Below are positions 24,520-36,629 of a DNA stretch of 64,000 nucleotides, in pieces. The stretch covers positions 2,148,532 to 2,212,531 of the forward strand of contig OZ199840.1 in assembly GCA_964304625.1 (NCBI GenBank), in the 5' to 3' direction. Below the pieces are notes generated by a model that saw only the letters and a program-made list of their open reading frames with translations, was not told the origin of the DNA and made no database searches. Origin of the DNA: Kudoa neothunni (Eukaryota; Animalia; Cnidaria). The translations under genes and the position numbers were made by a program. Every line of letters begins with the position of its first letter. Positions within the stretch are counted from its first letter, which is position 1.

Positions 24520-25056
24520 CGCATAAACCTTATTTAATATTTTCAAAAGTGAATAAACACTACTGAGAGTTTAAAATTTCCTCTTTATAGCTCCTACAAA
24601 ATCAATTGTCTCATGTTGTTCACAGTAATCTCTAAATCATACCATATTGATAGCACTAATCTTGTTAAACATCAACAAATGAGTTTCATATTAATGTTTG
24701 ACAACATAACTTAATATTGCCTTCCTTATTTTAATTAATTCAATTACTAAACTACTTTTCAATAATTTTAAAGTAAAGTAAACACTACCGTACGTATAAA
24801 ATTAACTTTTTAAAACTTTAACGAAATGATCTATATGTTTGCAAAAATCCTCAAATCAAACCAATCATATCACGTGAAAATGTTTTTAGTCATTTTGCAA
24901 GATGCAAACCTTTTATAATTTTTTACATATTTTTCTGCGTTAAAATAGTTTTACCTTTCCATATGTGTGCTCATATGGAGTGATATGTCTCTCTATAAAG
25001 AATGAAAAATGAGTACACACACACACACACGGATTTCCGGTTTGCTTTATATAATG
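24520..25056 (-). repeat. Non-autonomous Helitron, family B (inverted copy of 60085-60570)
   Basis: The reverse complement matches 60085-60570 colinearly (AAAGCAAACCGGAAATCCGTG...CATATGGAAAG...TTTGATTTGAGGATTT...GATGTTTAACAAGATTAG). Confidence 0.75.
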
Positions 25057-25149
25057 GAAGAAAATAATAGATGAGCTACCATTTGAATGGAAGACATTGG
25101 GAAATTCTTTGGTGGAGTCGATTTTGTCCAATAAATAACATTGATGTAT

Positions 25150-26080
25150 TTAGATTTTAAGTAGTTTGATAGCATCCCGTCCAAAGAGAGGTTTATGATT
25201 GGCATCAACGATCATACGATTAACACGAGCCGCCTTCCTCTGGTGTTCTAATGTGGTGAGATGTGTTCCAATATTTTTTATAGTATTGCCACCATAACCC
25301 CTAAGAATAAGGTTAGTATCTCTTTCTAACTTTTGAGTAACCAAGCGATGTTTAATTAGATTGATCGGAATGAGAGTTCGACCAGAAACAGTATTGATTT
25401 CGAATGTAATATTGCCAAAATTAGTCAACACTTCTGCCAATAGTGGTTTGATATATTCGCCATCATTCACGTTCAAAATTTCGTATTCACATGAATCAAC
25501 AAAGTTATCTATCAGTGGACAGACCCATTGCATCGACTTTAAATTTCTTAGTTTTCATGAGACACACAGCCTCTATGTGGTCTTTCTTTTCGCAATAGTT
25601 GCGTTTGGCCGACTTGAATTTCCAGTATTTCCTCCAATGGCCACCAAGGCCGCAGGAATTGCATTTTCCTTTGAACTGCTTAGGTTTGTTTATGGGTTCG
25701 AATTTTTTAGCAATCGATGCCAGTTTTGAGCCCGATCCAGCGGTTTCTCTAACCATGAGGAAAGAGACGGTAGATTCCCATGTTGGATTTAAAATCACAG
25801 AGAAGAACCATTTTTTTCAATTCTCAGATATATTCCACAATAGACTGTCCATCAAGTTGCTCTTTGCGTAAAAACATACCTCTCAAGGCTATGAAATCCA
25901 CAGAAGGTGCAAAACAAGACATAAAGATACTTTTTATCTCCTTAAGTGTTGCATCATTAATTGTTTTTGACTACAATTCGGTTTTTAGTTCATTGTATTC
26001 TTCCGTATTAATACTCATCCAAAGGGATGACTTTTGCTTCTTAGAGTCCGTAATACCATTAATTTTTCGAAGACTTTGGG
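25150..26080 (-). mobile_element. Ty3/gypsy (Mag-like) gag-protease remnant
   Basis: Double knuckle CNSCGLGGH...YCEKKDHIEAVC; protease FEINTVSGRTLI..LRGYGG..PLFGRDAIKLL. Confidence 0.75.
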
Positions 26081-27882
26081 GTCAAATTGCCCCCAAAGTA
26101 TAATTAAAACCAACATTACTGTTTGTGTACTCTTTAAAATTTCTCTAGTTTTTGTCTATTTTCCTAAATTTTCGTACAGTATATAATAATAAAATTAGGG
26201 GGAAAATGATTATAATAATAGTATGAACAAATTTTTATTTTGCGATTATACTTTAAAAACTTTTTAAAAAGGAAAGAAATGATGTTTTATGAATTCTATC
26301 AATTTATTATTTGGTAAAATGGTGGTTGTTGTTTGTATCATTTAGTCTGTGTTAACACCTTACTAATAATCTCGGATCCTGTTCGCAAATCATCGTACGA
26401 AGAATGATACTTCGTGTTCATTGTTTCAGTTGGTATGTTGAAAATAATATATATTTCTCACGCAACAAAAAAATTATATAAATTTTCAAAAATTTGATCC
26501 TAATTATATATAATTATTTGAACAATTTTTACATTTCCTCGATGAATGAACCGAGTAATAATGTTTATTGCTATATGAGGATGTGGTTTGAGTTTTTTTA
26601 TCAGTTCCTTGAGGACCATATTCACATCGATGTCTTTCGGCTATTCGGAAACTGTTAGTCTGGGTCCTAGATAGGGTGATTATATTTTGACAATTTCCCC
26701 CTTTTGTAGATTTCGGCCTATGAGAGGTTGATGGTTGATAGAGAATTTGTGCGATTTGCTGTAAAAATATTTTAGTTTCATCCCTTCGATGGATTAACTG
26801 AGAGTATAAGTGTATTTTTTAATTGATTTTAAAGGGATCCTTCAACCCAAAATATTTGCGTAATCCGACGAAGGCGGGGTTTCGCGCTAGATTAGTATAA
26901 ATAACGAAACTGAAAAAGTATTATGATCTACGTGAAAATAAATAATAATTGTTATGTTCGGTTATGTATTAAATTATTGTTTATAGAAATTAGAAATAAA
27001 AATATTTTTCCGAAAAATACCCCAAATTATTATTTTAAACAGTAAATAAACTATTAAACAGTGGCTTATATTTTACGATTGTTCCCTAACAGCTTACGAA
27101 TAATTACGTAAAAGATTTAACAGGATTAATTGTTAAATTTCACACTTCTTTACTGAAAAACTAGTCGATAGAAATCGAAAATACCAGAAAATTAAATAAC
27201 AATTTTTAGAATTAGTTTATCGAATAATATTTTTTTAGCGACTTTAGAAGTTTTAGGATAAAGTATTCGTCCAGCCGATTAATCTAACAATTCATATCAT
27301 GAGATCTATCGAATTTGATGAACTTCATTTTATCTCGTCCTCGTCGACAAGTTGTTGTGTTTGCACGAAGAAACTATCAATGCTTGTAATAATATATGTA
27401 GAAGTTTTGTAGCAGTAATTGTATTAGTAAAAGCAGTAGTAGCGATAACGAAACAATGATAGTCGTAATGGTTTTAGGATTTCCGCTCAACAATGTAATG
27501 GGTTAGATCGGGGCTTCGCCTCTGTTCATTTGGGGATTACTACAAAGGTACGTTTAATTTTTAGTATGAACTAAAATATATGTAAAAATTTATTATAAAG
27601 TTCATTTTATTTAAAAAGTGGCGTTAAAATGATCATTAATTAACAGTTTAATACCAGCTATACCAATTATTATCCCAATAATTCATATATAATTTTAAAT
27701 GAACAATAATTGGTTTTTGAAATATTATTTACAATTATGTAGCCGGAATTTTTTACAATGATAATGTCATAATAAGCCGTAGAAACACATGTTTTAACGG
27801 AACACACTAATATTACTATGGAAATAAACCTGAATAATCATCTAAATAATTTAGTTCCGTGTACAACGTAATCATAGTAATA

Positions 27883-30800
27883 TCATGCTTTGACATAAAC
27901 ATTTTCGCATTTATTATAAATTTCATTCTTTTTGTTGCTTCTGTATCGCATTACAGCACCAGCGATTGCCATAGCAACCAAGACCACAGCAGCAGCTGCC
28001 ATAATAATTCTGAAATAATCATTGGATGATACAGTGTTAGACTCTCCTAGGGCTGCGGATTGAGATGGTGAATCCGAGTAATCATTTTCAACTTCGGCAA
28101 CTTCCTTAGAATCTCCGGTTGCATCATTCGTTTCGGTGGAAGTCTCAGTTGTTTTAGTTGATGATGAATTTTCTAAATCATTAACATACTTTTTATCCAT
28201 ATTTATAGCAGTTTCGAGATCTTTCATAAACTCTCCAACTTCGATTGGAGTAATGGTTTCGATTTGGACATTGTATTCGCTCATTTGAACAGGATTACTA
28301 TTTTGATCCAGGAAACTATCGATTCCTGAGATTAGCGTGGTGGATTCATTGTACAGAGTAACAAACCCACTCTCTTTAGTTTCCGAAACAATATTCCTTA
28401 ATAATGCTTCGACTCGTTTTTTAAAGTCGGTGGCTGAAGATTTTTTTTTGGAATATTCCTTTTCAAGCCTATTTTTTTCATTAGCGTAGTGCGAATATGC
28501 TGCCGAAATAGATGCGGTAATTGAGTTTATATTCTCTTCAAATTTATTCCTCAAACTTTGTTCCTCAGCTTTAATTTCAGAAAATTTCGCTTCCATCTCC
28601 TTAGTAATATCATCTTGTGAACTGTTGGCATTATCCACAATTGTCTCATGTGCGGTTTTGTATTCTTGGTACTTTTTTAAAGTTGTTTCTTTTTCTTTGT
28701 TTAATAACTCAATCTGTGATTGATAAAATGTTGAAATTTCGGTTTCTTTTTCCGTCAACAAATCATCGGTTGCTTTTTGTTGAGCATTGGAAGTTTCCAT
28801 GAAGCTGTCAAGTTTTTCCTTCTTTTCAGTGAGTTGTTCGTTAACTTTTTTTATCATAGATGCTGTTTCCTTGAGTGAATCCAGATCCTGAATGAACGAT
28901 CGAAGTTTATTTTTTTCACTCGAAACACTTTGTGAATTCTCTTCAGCGATTCGATTTTCATCAGTAACCTCATTAGTTAAGGTGTTTTTCATAGTTAACA
29001 ATTGTTTCAAATAATTTTCCATAGTTCCGGTTGTAGTTTTGAATAATTCGAACTTTGTTTTCAATTCGGAGTTGTCGGCCACAATTTTATTCACAGTCTC
29101 AGTCTTTATTAACCCAGAATTATCATTATTAAGTTCATTATAGGTTTTGAGCAGTCTCAGAATTTCACGTTTGGTGACTTCCAAGGTTGCGCTATTCTCG
29201 TCATAACTGGTCGAAATTGGAGAATAATCGTTGTAAAGACCAGTCACTTTAGTGTCTTTCTGACTCAAAGATTCAGTATACTCATTTAGCAAGGTATTGA
29301 AATTCGAAAAATTATTGTCAATCGAGTATTTTCCTTCCAGGAGCCGCGTAATTATTTGACTACGGCTAATTGTTTTAATTTCTTCTATCTTTTCATTAGC
29401 TTCGTTGAGGGATTTTGTATAGTACTCCTTATTTTGTTCAAGATCATTTTTATGCGTTTTGAGAGCCTCCTTGTATTTATTAAATAAGTTCGTAAAGTCA
29501 TCTTTGGGATTGATGAAACGAGATTGATCCATGATTTCGACTTTTTGCAGACCATAACCAAGAGATTCCACCATACTGGCATGCGAACGTTGAATATTCT
29601 CAATTTCTGTTTCTAAACTATCTTTAGTTGATTTTGATGCGCTAATTTCACCAATAATCTCAGTAATAGTATGTTCAATAGTTTCATAGTTGTTGATATC
29701 TTGTGATAGTTTATCAATGTCATTATCGAGATTTAAATTTAAACTTGATGTTTCATTTTCCATCAACGATTTAAATTGAGTAGGCGTTGTATTTACTTTA
29801 GTTAATAGATGTTTCTTTGTTTTTTCTAAATTGGCGTAGTCCGAGGCTAATTTTTGGGAACGTTCGTTGATTTTATTCAAGAGTGCTTTGTTATTTTGTA
29901 TTTTTGATTGAGTTTCTTCATATTTAGATTTTAAATCCTTAATTTTTTGTAACATTTGGCTTACTTTTCTTTCGGTACCATCAATCAAATTAGAAAACAC
30001 TTTGGATATTTTATCAGCTTCAGTTTTGAGAAATGAGGACATAATTCTTGTGAGTGACCATTTGAAACCATCATTATTATCCCTCACTTGTTTTAGAGTT
30101 TCATTTACTTTTCTCAAACTACTTTCTATTTCTGTTAGTTGCGCAATATCAATCTTTGATTCATGGGAAACCAAAGTTTCTAACAAGTTCTCTTTTTTAC
30201 TATTAATATCATTCAATGCGTTGGTTGGATTTTTCACGGCGAATTTTGCTTCTAATTTTTCTTGATTATGTTTCTTTAAATATTCAGGAATTTGCTCTGT
30301 TGTTAGAGTTTCGATGTAGGATTTCAAAGGTTTGTAAGTGTCTAAAGTATTTTGATTATCATTTTTCAGCTTACTGTAAGTTGTTTGCAATTGTCCAACC
30401 TTTTCAGTAATGGTATGATTCAAATTTGTCATTTGTTTAAACTTTAAATTTAAAGTTCTCTCAAATAATTCGGTTGTTCTATCAAAAAAATCTTGGATAT
30501 TTCCTTTTATTTTTATACCATTTTCCACACGTTTAATCGGGTTTTTTATTGAATTGAGTTGTCCGATTCGTGCTATAAAAGCACCAACTTGGGTTTCTAT
30601 AGATGTTATATGGTTATTGGCATCGGTAGTAACTTGGGATAATTCTTGCATATTTTGCCTAATTATCGAACGGTTGTTTTCAACTTGTTTAATTTGGGAT
30701 TTTTGATTTTTCAACGAATCGAACACATTTTTTAGTTCATTAATTTTTTGTGTCAATTGAACCGCTAAATCATTTGAGATATAAGATCTCGTTGATGACA

Positions 30801-31758
30801 AAACTTCTTCTGCGCCTGCTAGCAAACTTTGAATTTCATTTTCTTTGTCGACCGACACACTTTCAATATTCATATTGTTTAGAATTGTAGTGAAATTTGG
30901 AGAATTTCTCGAATAACTTTTGAAGAATTCAGGATCGTACGGTGTGATAAAAGCTTGCAGCCGAGATTTAATATCGTCGAAATATGGAACCAATTCTGTT
31001 ATCATTTGATTACTGTAAAGAGTATGTTGTTCCAAAACGTTATTAATTGATCCCACTATCCCCTGAATATTGTCAAATTTGCATCGTTTTTCGTCTGGAA
31101 ATCTTTTTATTTCTGACATATGCTTGTTAAATTTATTTATGGTTTCTTGGAATTTATCAAGATTCGGTAGCAGCGTCAATTTTGCATTAGTATGTTTACA
31201 TTTGTAAACGTTAGTATCAAGTATATACTTTTTCATTGGACTGGTTTCATTTAAATATTGAAGACTCTTCTCAATTTCTACTTCAACGTCATTTATCAAT
31301 TGGAATGAATTAATCCAATATGAGTGACATATCTTATCAACAGCGCAACTTGTCTGAGCCCCAGGATAAAGAGCAGAATTAGGGAGATGGCGGCCAATTG
31401 CTTGAAATTCTTTTATTGCATCGTATTTATGGTATTTATACTTATTTTGTTCGTCCATATCAATTAATTTGGATAGATTTTCTTCTGTACAAAGGTGCTT
31501 ATGGGATTCATAACTCTTCTTCATTGATTGAATATTAGCCACTTTTGGAGCTGTCTCATCAATTAGCGTTTCCAGTTTTATGAATGCACCCAAATAGTCT
31601 TTCCTTAGTTGACCATATCGACCGCACTCCTTCATTATTCCTTTAGAGGTTGTTTTATCAATGGAATAAGATAACACTGTTACTAATAACACGGAGTCTA
31701 CGCAACTAATTAGTCAATCTAACAAATAATGTTTTTTACGTATTAATTGATTGAACAT
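27883..31758 (-). CDS. Uncharacterised ~1277-aa type I membrane protein with a long coiled-coil ectodomain; exons 31758-31740 and 31697-27883
   Basis: A 3.8-kb uninterrupted ORF in AT-rich DNA. The ATG at 31758 plus a 42-nt intron (GTAAAA..TGACTAAT..TAG) gives the signal peptide MFNQLIHSVLLVTVLSYS, and the paralog has the same structure. There are 6 Cys in the first ~215 aa and none in the stalk, followed by a Ser/Thr-rich linker, TM IIMAAAAVVLVAMAIAGAVM, basic stop-transfer RYRSNKK and a tail ending CENVYVKA. Confidence 0.92.
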
Positions 31759-33676
31759 GGTTGAAAATTTTTTCTATGTCCTCCGGCCTTACTTACCAGT
31801 TGGTTAGATTCGTTTATTAAATTATTATGATATCGGAATTATATACACGAAAAACATCATTCAACCTATTCAAGTTTTATTTATAATTGGAATCTATTTA
31901 TTAAATAATCTCAATCTATTCTTTCATACAAATCCTGTATATGTTAAATAATAAATGTAATTCATGATTTTCAATTGTGATTAATAATATGTATTCTATT
32001 ACGTATATATGTGTATCTTGCTTCCGATATTTAATTTTTATTTATTTATTTATTTGTGAAATTTTAATTTACTTTTAACGTTATTTTTCTTTTAAATCGG
32101 TGATGAATAAATATTTTGTGATTAGATACGGAATTACGAATGAATTAACTTGTGTGTTCAATTTATGAAAATTGTGGGTTTTAGGTAATTAATTTCACAC
32201 GCTTAATAATAAATGCATTATAATAGAAAATTCATCATTATTTCCGTTATAACTGTATAGGAGTAAGTAGTCAATTAACGTTAAATGTAATAATCCATAA
32301 TTACGTAATAACTGGATTTATATTGAGATAGATCCACTCAATGAAAATAATCTTCACCTCATCATATAATCCGCTAATTCATCACATATTTCCATCAACA
32401 ATTCTTATTGTATGAATAATTAATAGATACAAATGCATAGACACATAGACAAAAGCATGTGGACGTATTATGACTTAATATAGTGTGGTTGTAATACAAA
32501 CGTAGTTATTATTAATGTTATCATTATTTATGTTCGAATTCAAATTTATTTTATTTTACAAGAATAACTACCTGGTAACATTTTTAAAAATTTGTAAAAC
32601 CTAACAATGCTCTCTTATAACGATGTCACTTCATTCAGGGGGACTTTTATGATTGATGTCTGGATAGAGCGAGGTTTCAGAATGACCGCAAAACAGTTCA
32701 GTATTGACAAAAAATGTGTTATAATAGTTTTTTGTATAATTATAAATAACTTACTGTTAGAAAAATCACAACCGATAAACAATTTAACCTCAGTTGTATA
32801 GTTTTTCTCGTATGTGTTTATGAGAATTTACTATTTATTTGCTGTTGGATCCTATGTATGCAAACGAACTGAAATTGAAGAATTGTGGTTTGCAACAACA
32901 CAAAAAGGGTTTCATCTGGAAAACCTAAATTATTTGATGCCTAAATGTATGATTGGGCTTCCGAAGCTATATCTTTAGGAAAATCAGTTCCCATTATGCC
33001 ATTATATAAAAAGTTTCCCATGTCACAGAAGAATGTGTATTAAATAATTTTTCCCCAAATTGAGATTTATTTTGTTATTTAGAAGAAAGATCAGGACTCC
33101 GATACACAGGTTTTCACCGAGAAGCTAAGGGCGTCGAAATTTTAATGATTGAAAAAAACCATTTAAACATAAACAATTATAAGGATGAAAATATTTTTAA
33201 TTCCGACGAACAGCTATTTTTATAATCAAAAGGCCATCATTCTTTTGTTGAAAAAATGAAAAAGATCTTTGTTAACAAACTACAAAAGAATATGGTTACA
33301 TTGTCAGTATCGACTTCTTTAGGCGAAGAAAATCTTCTTCTGGTTGTGATTGGGGACTTTATAAATCCACATAATTTTAAAGGTATTATGGTTGTTGTTA
33401 TGAACAGATAAGCGCCGCCGATACGCGAACATAAAAGCTAGTCTTATTCTTGTGTTTTAGTTGTGTACGTTTATCGCGTGATTCATATCTCGCCGTATGA
33501 CCTTTAAGTATTACTCTCGCAATAAGTCCTGTATGTCAGCAGGAGTTTTCCATTAAATAAGAAATTTTTTAAATTATTATTAACCTTTTTTCAACAAAAT
33601 AAAATTTTCTCAAGGAATCCTTATTATTTTAATACCTTTATTAACATATCGTGATATGCACAATAATTTTCTATAG

Positions 33677-34298
33677 CAGTGGTTTTCAACTGAGGATCCG
33701 CGGCAGGAATATCTATGAAATTTTATTTGGCAACCAAATTTTAATAAATTTTGCCGATATTTATGGCGATGTCAAATATGAACAATTTTGTTCATTTTAA
33801 TAAATTATTATTCTCCATAACACGTACATAAATTTAGAATAATTCTAATAATAAAGGTTTTAAACCTTTTAATTTGTTAAAATAACACTGAATGATGGTG
33901 GCTATGCGTTAAGAATCTGAGTTCGTTTTTGAATGCAAGAGCCCGAATTTCATCAGATTTTGTTATCGTTTCGTCTTTTTTCCTTTAAAAATATTCTGCG
34001 TAGCAAGCATTCTGTGATACCAGAAATCGTGTTGTTCTGTCGCAAATGAAACAACAGAAGATGAATGACCCATGCTTGCCTTCATTTATGAACAATATTC
34101 AAAAAGTTATCACTTTTGAGTCAACGCTTTAACATGGAGACCAAAAATATCCAAATATTGTTGATGTTATCCAGCGCAATTTGAAATATAGTTTTCAGTA
34201 AGATTATAAACGTACATATTTTAAAACTTGTATTTTCTTCATTTGGGTTTAATTTTATAAGTGGGGCTCCGCGGTTCCAAAAAGAATGAGAACCACTG
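33677..34298. mobile_element. hAT (Charlie/Buster-type) non-autonomous element
   Basis: TIRs CAGTGGTTTTCAA / TGAGAACCACTG; 8-bp TSD TTCTATAG/GTCTATAG (7/8). Confidence 0.85.
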
Positions 34299-34326
34299 GT
34301 CTATAGAAATCTGTTACGGGGTTTTA

Positions 34327-35553
34327 CATCCAAGTTGGGATGCGTCGACGATTAAATTGGGATTCTGCAATTTACGTTTTGACGAGATTGAGATTAGATT
34401 TAAATTTTCAAGTTAGTTTCTCATGAAAACATGGTCAAATACAATAAAATAACCGACCATGAAAGATAGAAAATCCGTTGCCTTGTCGTTGACGACGGCA
34501 GGTCGCATGTTGAAGTGGCAGAATAATTTAAACTGAGCACTTCGACTGTTAACAATACTGTAAAAATATATAATGAATCCGATAATACCATAATCGAACT
34601 AAAAAGAGGAGGAGCGAGACGTGTCGTTGTGAATGATGAAATTAAAAGGCAACTTATTAAACTCGTTGACGATGACTGCACAATTTCTGTTTCTATGATA
34701 ATAGAGAAATTAGATCTTAGAGTGTCTGAAACAACCGTGTGGAGATGGCTAAAGTCATTTCATCTCATTTTTAAGACGACGAGAAGTGTTCCATTAAGCC
34801 GAAATTCTGACAGAACCAAGCTCAAAGAAAAGAATGTGTAGAATGATATGGAAATCTTCCAATTCATGTCAGGTATGAAAAATTAAGTCTAGTGGATGAA
34901 AGTCCCTTCAATTTACATATGCTGCGAATTCATGGCCGTGCGTTGAGAGGTGTCACTCCGAATTCTGTTGTTCAAAATAGTCGAGGAAAGAATATAACTC
35001 TGATCTTTGCTGTTTCTGCCAAAGGAGTCGTTCATTGTGAGGCAAATTTTCAAAGCGTAAATATTGAAATTTTTCAGACGTTTCTGAAAAAAAATGAAGA
35101 AACTGTGGGGCACGATGATTTTATTATCGTAATGGATAACGTGAGATTTCATCACGCGAATCAAGAATTCTCTGATAATGATACTCCAAAAGTTCATTAT
35201 TTACCCATGTTACTCATCATTTTTGAGCCCATGTGAGGAGGTATTTTTATTGATAAAGTCACGCATTAGATGTCATGTGTTATTGAATGGAAGAATGATG
35301 AATGCTTGTAACTCCGTTACAGAGGAGGAAACTATTAAAATTTTCTATCATTTTGAATCGAATCATTCATCGGAAAATGCCATCGCTTGGAAAACATCGG
35401 TAGAGACTACTCACTATTATATTATACCATAATATGCTATATTTATTTGATTATGTTTTTTTATGCTTAAATCATTAATGTTTTGTGGATATTTCAGAAA
35501 TAAATATTGCGCAATCCCAATTTTATTTTCGACGCATCCCACCAACTTGGATG
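34327..35553 (+). mobile_element. Full-length IS630-Tc1-mariner element with a pseudogenised DDE transposase
   Basis: TA TSD and ~45-bp TIRs (CATCCAAGTTGGGATGCGTCGA...TCGACGCATCCCACCAACTTGGATG). The transposase starts at ATG 34431 and has an HTH, VDESPFNL, MDNVRFHH and YSSFLSPCEEVF. Confidence 0.92.
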
Positions 35554-35565
35554 TAACAACCGGTA

Positions 35566-35838
35566 TCTATATAAAGCTAAGTTGTCCATATGTGCGCCAA
35601 TGTGTATGCATGCGCAAAATTACCATAACTCTATAAATTATTTTTATAGCGCAAAATATTCCAACAAATGTTTAGAAAATGGTGATTCTGCTGATCTAAA
35701 GTTTGTTAAGCGGATCACATTGGTTCAGCAACAGGATTAACAATTGGTTATGTTATAGTGATGGGTGGTTAAAATTAACTTTCACGCTTATACACTATTA
35801 AATCTTAACGAAAAGTAACGGCTCGTAGTTTAAACTAG
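35566..35838 (+). mobile_element. Short non-autonomous Helitron
   Basis: A|TCTATATAAAGCTAAGTTGTCC ... CTAG|T. The 5' end resembles that of the 2509-3486 copy. Confidence 0.5.
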
Positions 35839-36629
35839 TGGATGCATTGCAATGCATCAGGAAAGTTTTGTAAAAGTTGTTTAAAATTGAATAATTTTCT
35901 GGAGAGGAAACAATCCATTCACTTATAAACCGATTGTAATTTGTTAAAAGCACTAAAAGGGGAAATAAACCGACATGTTATAGATTAAAACACAACTTAA
36001 ATCAGCTGGCATTGTCAATCGCGCAGTCCCTCCACGCCGTAGATTATTCTACGTGGCGCTATGACATACACGCGCGCATTACGATAAAATGCCCCTTTGG
36101 CGGAATTGTGTGGCCCAACTGTTCCGTTCATGTATTTTTGCGCTTTCACGAGGAGAGTGGAAGGTTTATTAACGTTAAACATAATAATTATGAATTTTAA
36201 ATGTTTACACAGATAATTAAATTGAAAGAACTCCTTATATTTCATTATATCAATAGAATGGCAATAATCAATAATGGTTCGGCTTTGCGCATCTATGTTT
36301 TGTGAATTATTAACACGCTTTTAAATTTGAATTATACATGAAATAAATCAGGAAAACCTTGAATTCTCGAATCCAAAGTATAGACGTATTTACTTAGCAA
36401 AAAAATCGTAATTATTTTTCTTTTCTCTAAAACGGAGTACGCATTAATTAGATTGAATGATACAGAATTTTAAGACCTAAATGCAACGGTGTCGGATCAA
36501 GATTAAACCGATTCGAGAAATTACAAATAATCATGTCGGAGTATAACTCATCACAGCTTAACGTCATAAATAGAAAATATGTTTCTTTAGACGACACGAA
36601 GGAAGAAATTATCATTAGGTTATATATAG

